DNA of 64,000 bases from a virus: positions 64,001 through 128,000 of IMG/VR virus record IMGVR_UViG_3300045988_163643. One strand, 5' to 3'. Below are positions 1-9,357 of the stretch, one piece after another (the first letter of the stretch is position 1; each line of letters opens with the position of its first letter). A program made the translations under genes and the position numbers. Below the pieces are notes generated by a model, which ran no database searches, had not been told where the DNA came from, and worked only from the letters and a program-made list of their open reading frames with translations.

Positions 1-188
1 TATTGTAGTATAGAAAAATCTTTGTATTACCCAATCTACTAAATTTTCATTTTCCATTAACATTTCTTCTATTCTTATTTCATTTTCAAATTTTTCCATC
101 TTTAATTTCCCCCATTCTTTATTATATAATAATTGTATTACATTTTTTATTCATTGTCAACAATTATCACCAACTTTATTTTTATTTT

Positions 189-937
189 TTATTTATCTTC
201 CCACATGAAGTTTATTTTCTTATTCAAAGTTTTACTTTTAGCACTTTTCCTTAATCCTTGACATATTTTCCTAATAGAGTTCTTATCAATACCTAATTCA
301 TCACTAGCCATTTGGAGATTATCATATTTTTTATAAAATTTTTCATCTATAAAAGCTATAACACCACCTTTACTTTTTCTAATTTCATATCTTATATTGA
401 AATTTTCTTTTAAGTTTTCTTTTATAAATAATATTTTTTTATTTATAATACGATAATTCTTATTTAATATTCCACTTATCTCCTTTCCATTGTATCCTCT
501 TAACATATAACAAAATACTATATAATAATCTTCACCTAATTTCTTTACGTATTTTAAATATGCTTCAATATATAAAGTTGTTTCATCGTCATAACTACCT
601 AAAATATCTTCAAGAGTTAATTTTTTATCTTCTTCATTATGTATAACTTCATTAAGTGATAAAATATTTTTACTATTTATTGTATATTTACTTCTAATGT
701 AGGTTATAATAGAATTATAGATACATTTACTACAATAGCAGATAAAGGATTTTTCATTATCTATATTATCAATAGGTTTATAAGAAGTATATGCTTTTAC
801 AATAGCCATTCTACCTTCTTGTAATAAATCATCATAATCATTACTATAAATAAAATTCGAAAAATGCCTTTTAATATTGGATTTAATTAGATATTCATAT
901 TTAATTATAACTTCATTTAAATCAACTGTACTATCCA
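189..937 (-). CDS. sigma-70 family sigma factor-like protein with extra C-terminal NUMOD1-like HTH
   Basis: Region-2-like DDLLQEGRMAIVKAYTSYKP and region-4-like YYIVFCYMLRGYNGKEISGILN. C-terminal LGIDKNSIRKICQGLRKSAKS. Start set to ATG 937 (AGGGGGA SD 6 nt upstream) instead of track start 956. Confidence 0.55.
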
Positions 938-974
938 TTTTCAATCCCCCTATCATTCTTATTTACTTACTTAT

Positions 975-1003
975 ATTATACTATTTTTCTTATTAAAAGT
1001 CAA
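975..1003 (-). promoter_or_regulatory. sigmaA-type promoter TTGACT-17-TATAAT
   Basis: Minus strand reads TTGACTTTTAATAAGAAAAATAGTATAAT. Member of the conserved ~34-nt promoter family. Confidence 0.6.
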
Positions 1004-1004
1004 T

Positions 1005-1038
1005 AATAAAAAATAAAAAAGGAGAAAATTTTCTCCTT
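1005..1038 (-). terminator. rho-independent terminator
   Basis: Hairpin AAGGAGAAAATTTTCTCCTT followed by a T-run on the minus strand. Confidence 0.6.
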
Positions 1039-1044
1039 ATAAAT

Positions 1045-1359
1045 TTATAAATAAGTTATTTCTAATCCTAAATTTTTAGCAACCCCAATAATTTGATAAA
1101 CTTCCTCATCTCTCTCAGGAAGTACATAAACTTCGTCAGCAAAGGTTAATATTTTTAATGAATAATTTATCAATTCATCCTTGTCAATGTCCTTAGAAAG
1201 CCAACCAACGGCTTTCAATGGACTTATATATAATATATGTTTTCTTCCATTTTTCAAATCATCCCTAATCAATTCCCTAATTAAGGATTCTATTGCTTTT
1301 TCTTGTCCCTCAGTATTACTACCCGTAATAAATATAACCTTATAATCATCTAATTTCAT
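1045..1359 (-). CDS. hypothetical protein (weak DUF4406 / nucleoside deoxyribosyltransferase-like resemblance)
   Basis: 104 aa. Start overlaps the upstream stop (TAATG coupling). C-terminal ADEVYVLPERDEEVYQIIGVAKNLGLEI pattern. The function call is weak. Confidence 0.45.
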   Translation of the reverse strand: MKLDDYKVIFITGSNTEGQEKAIESLIRELIRDDLKNGRKHILYISPLKAVGWLSKDIDKDELINYSLKILTFADEVYVLPERDEEVYQIIGVAKNLGLEITYL

Positions 1360-2024
1360 TATTTATCCTCCCCTTGTAAATTATTAGTTTTAAATCTTAT
1401 TAATTTCATTGCCATATTGTCAAGATGTTGAAATGATTCTCTTAATGTTTTAGAAAAATATTGTTCTTTTCCTAATTCTTTTTCTCCTAATTTAACTACA
1501 CTACCAACAAAATCAGTCTCTTCAAGTTTTTCATTTTCATCTAAACAATTTACCATTTTATTATATGAAACATCTGTCATAATTAATACTTCTTTATATT
1601 GTATTTCAAATACTAATTTCCATTTTCTTTTATCTTCAGTTCCATTTTTATTAATTTTAAGAGTTAGATAATCATTTACTTTATCTTTTATAGGTAAAAT
1701 TTCTATTAAACTTCTTTCAACAGATTTTTGTATATTATTATATGTTCTATATATATTACTATCATTTTCCATATTTCTCATTAACCATTTTTCATGAGCC
1801 TTAACATGACAAACACCAAACATTATATTAAGTGAATGGAATAACCATTTATTTTCTTTTTTACTTTGGTTTATTATTATTCTTATTTTAGATTTAAAGC
1901 TATTTTCTTTTGCTATTCTTCTTGTACCTTGATTACCATGTTGTTTATATTCTTCATAACTATCTAATTTTCTATAATCTCTTTCTTCTTTTACATTTAC
2001 ATTAGTTTCTAATTCTTTTTTCAT
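1359..2024 (-). CDS. hypothetical protein
   Basis: 221-aa ORF with SD GGGGAGAA. Co-oriented with and close to the upstream gene. Confidence 0.55.
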   Translation of the reverse strand: MKKELETNVNVKEERDYRKLDSYEEYKQHGNQGTRRIAKENSFKSKIRIIINQSKKENKWLFHSLNIMFGVCHVKAHEKWLMRNMENDSNIYRTYNNIQKSVERSLIEILPIKDKVNDYLTLKINKNGTEDKRKWKLVFEIQYKEVLIMTDVSYNKMVNCLDENEKLEETDFVGSVVKLGEKELGKEQYFSKTLRESFQHLDNMAMKLIRFKTNNLQGEDK

Positions 2025-2053
2025 AACTATTCTCCCCTTTTTATAATTTATTT

Positions 2054-2425
2054 TTATTTTTTACTTTTACTTTTATCCTTTAATTCTGATTCTTTTTCTT
2101 TTTCAGCTTTTTTTGATTTTTTAAGTTCTTCAAAATAAATTGGTAATATTTGTTTCATTTTTTTTCTAAATTCTTTTGCAAAATATTCTTTAATTTCTTT
2201 AACTTCTTTTTCTATTTCTTTAGGTATTTCATCACTTACATCAACATCTTTTAATATATCAAGATGTAATTTTCCAAAGTCATTATTATATCTTGCACTT
2301 TCTGCCCTAGTTTCGCTAAATCTAACTAGGTATTTATTTGTATATTCTTCGTTAAAACAGTATTTATATGCATCGACTTGTCTGTCAACAAAGTTATCTA
2401 ATTTTTCTTTATCACTTTTTTTCAT
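2054..2425 (-). CDS. hypothetical protein, K/E-rich C-terminus
   Basis: 123-aa ORF with SD AGGGAGAGA and a cassette promoter upstream (agtcaa at ~2515). Confidence 0.55.
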   Translation of the reverse strand: MKKSDKEKLDNFVDRQVDAYKYCFNEEYTNKYLVRFSETRAESARYNNDFGKLHLDILKDVDVSDEIPKEIEKEVKEIKEYFAKEFRKKMKQILPIYFEELKKSKKAEKEKESELKDKSKSKK

Positions 2426-2522
2426 AACTATCTCTCCCTTTTTATAATTTATTATATTTTAATTTTATTTTTTTATTTCTTATTTACTTATATTATACTA
2501 TCATTCTTATTAAAAGTCAATA

Positions 2523-3296
2523 TTAATTGTAAAAAAAATCTAATGCATTTATTACTTTTTCTTCGAGATTTTCAACATTATGAAAAGTTTTATGAATTAC
2601 TTCTAATGCTTCTATTTTATTTTTAGAAACTTCCATTATATCATAAATCTTTTTACATGATTTTCTTTTGAAATTTTTTCTTAATAATTTTATAACCAAT
2701 TCACATTTATTTGTTTTCAATTCCATACTATCAAAATAATAATCTAATATTTCATTAATTGCGTTTTTTATATCTATATTCTTGTAATATTTCATTAATT
2801 TCTCATTTGCATCTTTTCTATTTTCAGAATCTTTAATTATTTTCACTACTTTTATGCAAGTTTTTCTTTTATTAGCAACCTTTTTTAAATAATTTATCAT
2901 ATTTTTACTTCTTCTATATTCTTTAGGGTTAATTTTTCTTTCAATAGTTTCAAACAACCCAACACTTCTACCAGTACAGTTATATATAAGATTTATGGCA
3001 CTTAAGAATCCCTTATCTCCACTTATAATGTTATACTCACAATGTTCATTATTACCGATTAATAAACCAAGATAAGATACCAATTGAAAATCTAAACTAT
3101 TTTTTCCTTTTATTTGAGAAGTCATTTTTAATATTTTAGCTTTCGTAATTGATTTCTCAAATTCTAATTCTTTTTCATTAATTACTGAAAACTCACTGTC
3201 AAATAATATTATTACATCATCTTCTTTTAATAATTCACTTCCTAATAATCCACCTTCACTAACATTTTCATAATCAATTAAAAAACATCTTTTCAT
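2523..3296 (-). CDS. NYN/LabA-like (PIN-fold) nuclease domain protein
   Basis: N-terminal CFLIDYENV, then SLDFQLVSYLG and YNIISGDKGF, which match the NYN acidic motifs. Start set to ATG 3296 (GGGAGG SD). Confidence 0.45.
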   Translation of the reverse strand: MKRCFLIDYENVSEGGLLGSELLKEDDVIILFDSEFSVINEKELEFEKSITKAKILKMTSQIKGKNSLDFQLVSYLGLLIGNNEHCEYNIISGDKGFLSAINLIYNCTGRSVGLFETIERKINPKEYRRSKNMINYLKKVANKRKTCIKVVKIIKDSENRKDANEKLMKYYKNIDIKNAINEILDYYFDSMELKTNKCELVIKLLRKNFKRKSCKKIYDIMEVSKNKIEALEVIHKTFHNVENLEEKVINALDFFYN

Positions 3297-3400
3297 AATT
3301 TTAATACCTCCCATTTATTTTTATACTATTATTATAGTATAGTTTTTATATTATGTCAATAAATTTTAAAAAAACTGAGAAGAAAAAAATCTTCTTCTCT

Positions 3401-3688
3401 TTATAGATTTTCATATAGTTCTATGCAAATTCTACTTATTAGATTATCTATTTCTATTAAGTTGTCACTACATACAACATCCGTGTACTTCATTAGGTTA
3501 GTTAATGCATTTAAGACTCCTTTAATTTCTTCTTTTGATTTAAATATTATTCCATTTTTAACTCTATTATAAAGGAATAATAAATAATATTCGTCGTCAC
3601 TACTAAAACCTTTACCATATTTATTTAATGTTTTTCTTATAACATCTCCTAACATTTCACTTTCTACTAAATCTAAATTATATTTCAT
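3401..3688 (-). CDS. hypothetical protein
   Basis: ORF with AAGGAG 11 nt upstream of ATG 3688. The track start is a GTG only 2 nt from the SD. Confidence 0.5.
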   Translation of the reverse strand: MKYNLDLVESEMLGDVIRKTLNKYGKGFSSDDEYYLLFLYNRVKNGIIFKSKEEIKGVLNALTNLMKYTDVVCSDNLIEIDNLISRICIELYENL

Positions 3689-3766
3689 AATCCCCACAAC
3701 TCCTTTTTATTTTATTATTTTTTGTTGCTAACTGAGAAGAAAAATTTTCTTCTCTTTTAATTTAAA

Positions 3767-4066
3767 TTATAAGTTGACCATTTGTAAGAATGTATTAATT
3801 AAAAATATTACCATTATTATCACTCCCACAATCCCTAAAAACGCTCTCATTCTACTAAATTTGATTTGTTCTTCCATTGCCCATATTAATCTTTCTTTAT
3901 CCTCTTGTGCAGTGAATCCATCTTCTCTCATTTCTTCTATAAGAATATCTATATCGGCTGAGTATTCATTGTAGCATCTTCTATCTCTAATGTAATTAAC
4001 AATAGGTGAAAACGCTAAGTAAATACCAAATAATTCTAATGCACTACTTAATAATAATAATTTCAT
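3767..4066 (-). CDS. small membrane protein (2 predicted TM segments)
   Basis: Hydrophobic N- and C-terminal segments, SD GGAGGTA. Preferred over the antisense ORF 3774..3974. Confidence 0.5.
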   Translation of the reverse strand: MKLLLLSSALELFGIYLAFSPIVNYIRDRRCYNEYSADIDILIEEMREDGFTAQEDKERLIWAMEEQIKFSRMRAFLGIVGVIIMVIFLINTFLQMVNL

Positions 4067-4204
4067 ATAAATACCTCCAAGTTTAAAGTCCTATGGACTA
4101 TTTATTTTTTTTATTTTTATTTCTTTTATACTATTATTATATAATAGTTTTTATGTTATGTCAAGTACTTTTGTAAAAAACTGAGAAGAAATTTTTTCTT
4201 CTCT

Positions 4205-4804
4205 TTAAAATTCTAAGTTTAATAAACTTATTTGTTCTATTGTTTCTTTATCGTCAGTTAGGAAAACTTTTTTTCTTCTGTCATACAAAACGACATGACT
4301 ACCACATTTCTTACAACTCGCACCTCTAAATGCTTCTCTTTTACTTTCTGTTAATCTGCTAACTGTTCCTATGATACCATGTTTTGGACATATTACATAA
4401 TATTTATCATTTTTCTCTTTATATTCTACTTTCATTTTTAGGCTATCTGATATCTCTAAATGCTTACATACTTCTTTCCATCTATTATCATGATTACAAT
4501 TATCGTCATGTAATTCATTAGCTATATAATGTGCCAATTCATGTTTTAATACGTACTCAAGTCTTTCATCAGTTGTATTTCTAAAAAATGTTTTAGATAT
4601 TTCTATATCATAAGGTATTATTTTCTTTTCTCTATCTTTTATAAAATAAAATCTGTAACAAGCTATTTTTTTTCTATATCTTCCATTAAGATTTATGTCT
4701 TTTTCAAATAATGGTATTTCATTTCCTGTTTTCTCATTAAACATTTTTATGTTTCTATCTAAGAATTCCTTTACATCATTAACATTTTTTATTCTTCTTT
4801 CCAT
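4205..4804 (-). CDS. SprT-like zinc metallopeptidase with C-terminal zinc ribbon
   Basis: LKHELAHYIANELHDDNCNHDNRWKEVCKHL (HExxH plus a downstream H) and CPKHG...CKKCGSH. Start at the second ATG (SD spacing). Confidence 0.6.
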   Translation of the reverse strand: MERRIKNVNDVKEFLDRNIKMFNEKTGNEIPLFEKDINLNGRYRKKIACYRFYFIKDREKKIIPYDIEISKTFFRNTTDERLEYVLKHELAHYIANELHDDNCNHDNRWKEVCKHLEISDSLKMKVEYKEKNDKYYVICPKHGIIGTVSRLTESKREAFRGASCKKCGSHVVLYDRRKKVFLTDDKETIEQISLLNLEF

Positions 4805-4917
4805 TTTCATTCCCCCTATAAATTTTTTATTTTTATTTCTTTTATACTTATATTATATATTAGAATTTATCTATTGTCAAGTGTTTTTGAAAAAAACTGA
4901 GAAGAAATTTTCTTCTC

Positions 4918-5511
4918 TTATTTAATTCTAACCTCTATTTCTATTTTTATGAAGAGCTCTATTATTTCCTTTTCATATTTGTTGAAAAGTCTAACTGCTT
5001 TTTTATCTGCAATTCTTTCACACTCAATATTTCTATAATGTTCCATTTGCGTTTTACCATTCAACAATTCATTATAATAATATTCGCTTTGACTTTCAAT
5101 ATATATTTTATTATACCCATGAATATCAATAGATTTATTCATTGTTATAATGTGTCCTATCTCGTGTAATATAGATATCATACAATATACTTGATAGAAA
5201 TTCATTTCATATTTTTTCATTACATATAAATAATTGAATCCATAATGTTTTAAATAATCTACAAAATATTCATGACTTTTAACTACATCCCTTTTTTCAC
5301 TATAAACATTTTCAGGAACAAATAATATATTATATCTATTAAGTTCGTTTTGACCGCTACATGCAAATGATTTTCTTGAAAATTTTTTCATACAATAAGG
5401 TATTCCTTTTTTCAATTCCTTTTTTTCTATGAAAAACTTAAATATTGAATTCATAAAATCCTCTGTAATGTTTATATGTTTTTCTTGTTTTATAATTTTT
5501 TTACCTTCCAT
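4918..5511 (-). CDS. HExxH metallopeptidase-like protein
   Basis: Motif ISILHEIGHIITMN; SD AGGGGGAAG. Confidence 0.4.
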   Translation of the reverse strand: MEGKKIIKQEKHINITEDFMNSIFKFFIEKKELKKGIPYCMKKFSRKSFACSGQNELNRYNILFVPENVYSEKRDVVKSHEYFVDYLKHYGFNYLYVMKKYEMNFYQVYCMISILHEIGHIITMNKSIDIHGYNKIYIESQSEYYYNELLNGKTQMEHYRNIECERIADKKAVRLFNKYEKEIIELFIKIEIEVRIK

Positions 5512-5611
5512 TTATCTTCCCCCTTATTTATTTTTATACTATTATTATATAATAGTTTTTATGTTATGTCAATAATTATTGAAAAAAACTGAGAAGAAAT
5601 TTTCTTCTCTT

Positions 5612-5737
5612 TTAGAAAAATTTTTCTTTAATATAATCCTTTATTTCAATTAGTATTACTCCTATTAGTCCTACAGTCAATATTAGTGTTACAACTGCCA
5701 TGCATATCAATATAATATTTATACAAATATTCATCAT
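5612..5737 (-). CDS. 41-aa hydrophobic peptide
   Basis: MMNICINIILICMAVVTLILTVGLIGVILIEIKDYIKEKFF with SD AAGGGAG upstream. Below the ORF-track cutoff. Confidence 0.35.
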   Translation of the reverse strand: MMNICINIILICMAVVTLILTVGLIGVILIEIKDYIKEKFF

Positions 5738-5752
5738 GAGCAACCACTCCCT

Positions 5753-5965
5753 TTATATAAAATTAACTTCAGCATTTAAATCTTTCCACGTATCTAATTG
5801 ATAGGCTACATTATCATATAATTTTCCACTTTCCATTTCGTCCCTTGAATAAACGCAAATTTTATTTTCTAATTTATATGCAACTAAGTCGCATCTTTTT
5901 TCCAAGTATTCAACTAGCATTTTGAAAGTATGTTCATCTTTACATTTTATTTTCATTATATACAT
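5753..5965 (-). CDS. hypothetical protein
   Basis: 70-aa ORF with SD AAGGGAG 8 nt upstream. Confidence 0.5.
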   Translation of the reverse strand: MYIMKIKCKDEHTFKMLVEYLEKRCDLVAYKLENKICVYSRDEMESGKLYDNVAYQLDTWKDLNAEVNFI

Positions 5966-6031
5966 AACAACAACTCCCTTTTATTTCTTATTTACTTATA
6001 TTATACTATTGCTCTTGGTAAAAGTCAAGTA

Positions 6032-6634
6032 CTATTTTTTTAAAGAAATTTTCTTTATAGTATGATTTTTACCTTTCATGTATTCTACTTGTTCTTTAGT
6101 ATCTATTATATGCAATTCTCCATGACATTTATGACAATGGCAATTATGAATCCAATTCTCAAAAGTACTTTTTCTTAATCTATTTCTACGGTATTCGTAT
6201 CCACACTTTTGACATTTGCCAATGTATCTTTCTTCTACTTTAGATTTTGCAGTGAAATAAGTTTCATCTGAGATTCCTAGCATTCTACAATATTGTTTAA
6301 ACATCTTATCATGTCCATGATTTTCTTGTTTGTAAACATTTACTATAAAGTGTACACACTCATGTCTTATAGTTTGGATAATATCTTCATCATGATAATC
6401 ATTTAAAAGAGATTTTGAAATTTTAATTCCAACAGGTTCTATTGTAGTTTTACCTTTTTCCTTTGTAATTCTGAATTCAAATTTACCTTTTGCTACAGTC
6501 ATTCTAGTTGATATTGTTATTTGACAACTTTCTAATTCTCTTGTTGTTTCATATATATCTTTTCCTAATACCTTTCTAGTATGTTGAGCAAATTCATTTA
6601 CTTCTTTTTGTACTCTTTTTAAATTCCATTCCAT
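6032..6634 (-). CDS. SprT-like zinc metallopeptidase with C-terminal zinc ribbons (paralog of 4205..4804)
   Basis: IRHECVHFIVNVYKQENHGHDKMFKQYCRML plus CQKCGYEY...CHCHKCHGEL. Confidence 0.6.
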   Translation of the reverse strand: MEWNLKRVQKEVNEFAQHTRKVLGKDIYETTRELESCQITISTRMTVAKGKFEFRITKEKGKTTIEPVGIKISKSLLNDYHDEDIIQTIRHECVHFIVNVYKQENHGHDKMFKQYCRMLGISDETYFTAKSKVEERYIGKCQKCGYEYRRNRLRKSTFENWIHNCHCHKCHGELHIIDTKEQVEYMKGKNHTIKKISLKK

Positions 6635-6792
6635 TTTTCATTCCCCTTTTCTTTTATTTATACTATAATTATATCATATACTTTATCCATTGTCAAGTAC
6701 TTTTGAAAAAACTGAGAAGAAAAATTTTCTTCTCTTAAAAGTTTTCGCACGATTGTGGGCTACGTCTGTCTAAAAATGGGCGACCCCTATAC

Positions 6793-6809
6793 AATATTCC
6801 AATTTTATT
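6793..6809. repeat. 17-bp direct repeat, copy 1 (AATATTCCAATTTTATT)
   Basis: Identical to 7375..7391. The two copies bracket the HNH gene. Confidence 0.8.
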
Positions 6810-7350
6810 ACAATTTTTTAATCATATAATGCATAATTTTTCTTTTTCCTTTTTTCTTTCTTTTTAAATCATATCCATGCTCTTTTAATATTCTTTCTAA
6901 AGTCGGTAAACCTATTAATCTATTTCTATTATCTCTAAGATTATTTTTAATAATTATATCATTAAAAACAATATCTCTAGTAATCCATTTATTAAGTAGA
7001 TTATCTTCAATAGAAAGGTCAATTTTTATATGTTTATGTTTTCTATGAACAACACTAAGATGACAATGTATACATAATGTTTTATAAGTATAAAACAAGT
7101 GTTTTCCTAATACTTTTTCTTCTATGTTTTTCAACTCTAATTCTGTATAATTATCTATTGTTTTATATTCTTCTAGTCCTAACTCAACTAAAGTATCTTT
7201 TACCATATTAGCAAATGGATAAATGTGATGGACTTGTAAGTCTTCAATTCCACCACATTGTTCACATTTATCCTTCTTAACTAACTTTACAAACTTATGC
7301 CAAATTCTTATCCTTATATAATTATTTAATGTTTGTTTTCTTTTTTTCAT
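6808..7350 (-). CDS. HNH endonuclease
   Basis: CEQCGGIEDLQVHHIYPFANMV ... LCIHCHLSVVH. No promoter of its own. Confidence 0.75.
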   Translation of the reverse strand: MKKRKQTLNNYIRIRIWHKFVKLVKKDKCEQCGGIEDLQVHHIYPFANMVKDTLVELGLEEYKTIDNYTELELKNIEEKVLGKHLFYTYKTLCIHCHLSVVHRKHKHIKIDLSIEDNLLNKWITRDIVFNDIIIKNNLRDNRNRLIGLPTLERILKEHGYDLKRKKKGKRKIMHYMIKKL

Positions 7351-7374
7351 TATTTAACATTCCTTTTTAATCAT

Positions 7375-7391
7375 AATATTCCAATTTTATT
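7375..7391. repeat. 17-bp direct repeat, copy 2
   Basis: Identical to 6793..6809. Confidence 0.8.
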
Positions 7392-8454
7392 CTCTATTAT
7401 AAATATACATTTTATAGAAATTATCCCAAATTTGATAATATTCTTCAGAATATTGAAGTTGTCTTAATCTGCTTTCTTTCATAAGAATAGCATATTCAAC
7501 ATTGAATCCATTTCTAGATTTTATTTTTTCATCAATAGTTTTTTTATTTTTATCTTGTCTTCTTTGTGCTAAAGACTTCCTAATTTCATATATATCATTT
7601 TTAATTATATCTACATCAAAACCATTTAAATAGTTTTCCTTAATATATTCTATATTTTTAGTTAGAAAAATTTGAAATGCTTCATAAGTATATTTATAAC
7701 CTAATTCACAAGTTAATTCAAAACTCAATTCTTTATCAAAATCTTTCAATTTTTGAATATTACATTTTATATTTTCTCTTCTATTACCATATACTAAATC
7801 ATTTCTACTTGTAATATTATATTTTTCACATATTCTATTTTCAATATCTATTACTTTTCTTAATTGTATGGAATTTGTATTAAGATACACTTCGTTATTT
7901 TCCAAATCTACTGCAATTTTCACCTTATACCATTTTATTAAATTATCTTTTTTTTCAAGTTTATTTAAAGCAGATAAAAAATTTGAATATAAAGCAGAAT
8001 TTTCAACAGAGAAAAAATCTTTTTTAATTATATCTTCATCACTTAAGATAGGATATTGATAATTAATATTCTTTTTTTCAATTGGATACAACATTTCTAC
8101 CAAAGCCATACTAGTTAACCAATTGTCAAATGTTCTCACACAATATGTCTCATCCCTAAAATTACAATAACCTATAATAGAATTTAATAAAGTTTGTTTC
8201 ATTAAAAAACTCATACTCTTTTCATCCTCCTTAATATCATATACTTTCCTTTTGGCACTATCGAACTCTATCCCATTGCTCCCCATAAGAGTATAATATA
8301 CTCTATTTCCTATTTTATTTTTTTCCACTGCACATACTTTGGAAAGTTTATTGATTAAAGTTTTTTCTTTTTTTCTAAAATTATTATAACTGTAATCACA
8401 AAGTTCACAAAGTTCTTTTGATGTATAAGTTCCGTCTTGTAATATTACTTTCAT
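7387..8454 (-). CDS. hypothetical protein; N-terminus paralogous to 42281..43684
   Basis: YTSKELCELCDYSYNNF aligns with YTWKQICELTDVPYKTG. Start set to ATG 8454 (AGAGGAGAT SD); the track start is TTG. Confidence 0.5.
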   Translation of the reverse strand: MKVILQDGTYTSKELCELCDYSYNNFRKKEKTLINKLSKVCAVEKNKIGNRVYYTLMGSNGIEFDSAKRKVYDIKEDEKSMSFLMKQTLLNSIIGYCNFRDETYCVRTFDNWLTSMALVEMLYPIEKKNINYQYPILSDEDIIKKDFFSVENSALYSNFLSALNKLEKKDNLIKWYKVKIAVDLENNEVYLNTNSIQLRKVIDIENRICEKYNITSRNDLVYGNRRENIKCNIQKLKDFDKELSFELTCELGYKYTYEAFQIFLTKNIEYIKENYLNGFDVDIIKNDIYEIRKSLAQRRQDKNKKTIDEKIKSRNGFNVEYAILMKESRLRQLQYSEEYYQIWDNFYKMYIYNRE

Positions 8455-8476
8455 ATCATCATCATCTCCTCTTTTG

Positions 8477-8560
8477 TCCCCCAAACAGTTCTCTGTGTGT
8501 TATATATTATATTATTATATATTATATATATATATATATATTATAGAACTGTTTGGGGGA
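8477..8560. repeat. perfect 16-bp inverted repeat flanking a 52-bp TA-rich spacer
   Basis: TCCCCCAAACAGTTCT (8477-8492) and AGAACTGTTTGGGGGA (8545-8560). The spacer contains (TA)n. Confidence 0.85.
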
Positions 8561-8662
8561 CATTATTTTTATATGTTTATATATATTATACTATAAATAT
8601 TATTAAAAGTCAATAGTAAAAAACAAAAGAGAAAGGCTATTTTAAACCTTTCCCTTTTATAA

Positions 8663-9259
8663 TTAAATATTAAATGCTAAGTCACCTAAGCATAAAAGAA
8701 AATCTTTTTCTAATTGCCAATTATCAAATATCATAACGGTTTTATTTTCATTTTCATTTTCATAGCCATATTCATTTTTTGTATATCCTTCATATCCTTT
8801 TTCACAATATAACCAAGTTACTAATTCACCATTTATTTCATAAGTTGAACTATGTGCCACTACTGTTTTTAAATAAGTTGTTTCATGTAAAAAATCTTCA
8901 TTCTTTAAATCTTCTTCAGTTAATTTATCTTTTGCTATTTTTAAAACAAATATATCATTACAGGTTTCTATATCTTCATCTTTATAACCAAAAGTCACTG
9001 TTGCTTCATAGCTATCATCCAATTCTTCTATGTCTACATTAATCTTGTCTATGTCTTTAGCTGAATTTAAATACAATTTTTTGTTATCATTCAATTCATT
9101 ATATTGTGGCTGATATTCTTCAATATTTTTTTCGATTTCATTTTGTATATTTTCTTTTAATAATTCTTCGGCTTGTTCTATTTTGTTAGAGCATCCTATC
9201 ATAGACATAGCCATTAGACCTCCTAAAATCAATCCTAAGCCCTTTCTAAATACTTTCAC
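8663..9259 (-). CDS. lipoprotein
   Basis: GTG start 9259, 7 nt after AAGGAGGAA. Signal peptide with lipobox: VKVFRKGLGLILGGLMAMSMIGCSN. Confidence 0.55.
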   Translation of the reverse strand: MKVFRKGLGLILGGLMAMSMIGCSNKIEQAEELLKENIQNEIEKNIEEYQPQYNELNDNKKLYLNSAKDIDKINVDIEELDDSYEATVTFGYKDEDIETCNDIFVLKIAKDKLTEEDLKNEDFLHETTYLKTVVAHSSTYEINGELVTWLYCEKGYEGYTKNEYGYENENENKTVMIFDNWQLEKDFLLCLGDLAFNI

Positions 9260-9357
9260 GATAAATTCCTCCTTTAACTTTTTAAATTCATTTAAATTCA
9301 TTATATCCCATTATAGGAAATAATATACAACTGAGGAGAATATTCCCCTCTTTTATT

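Noticed and set aside
3774-3974. 66-aa plus-strand ORF
   Set aside because: It is antisense to the better-supported membrane-protein ORF 3767..4066, which fits the leftward cassette organisation and has an SD.
6735-6790. GC-rich segment considered as a tRNA or small RNA gene
   Set aside because: There is no cloverleaf, T-loop (GTTCGAAT-like) or anticodon arm, and it is too short. It is kept only as an unexplained element in the findings.
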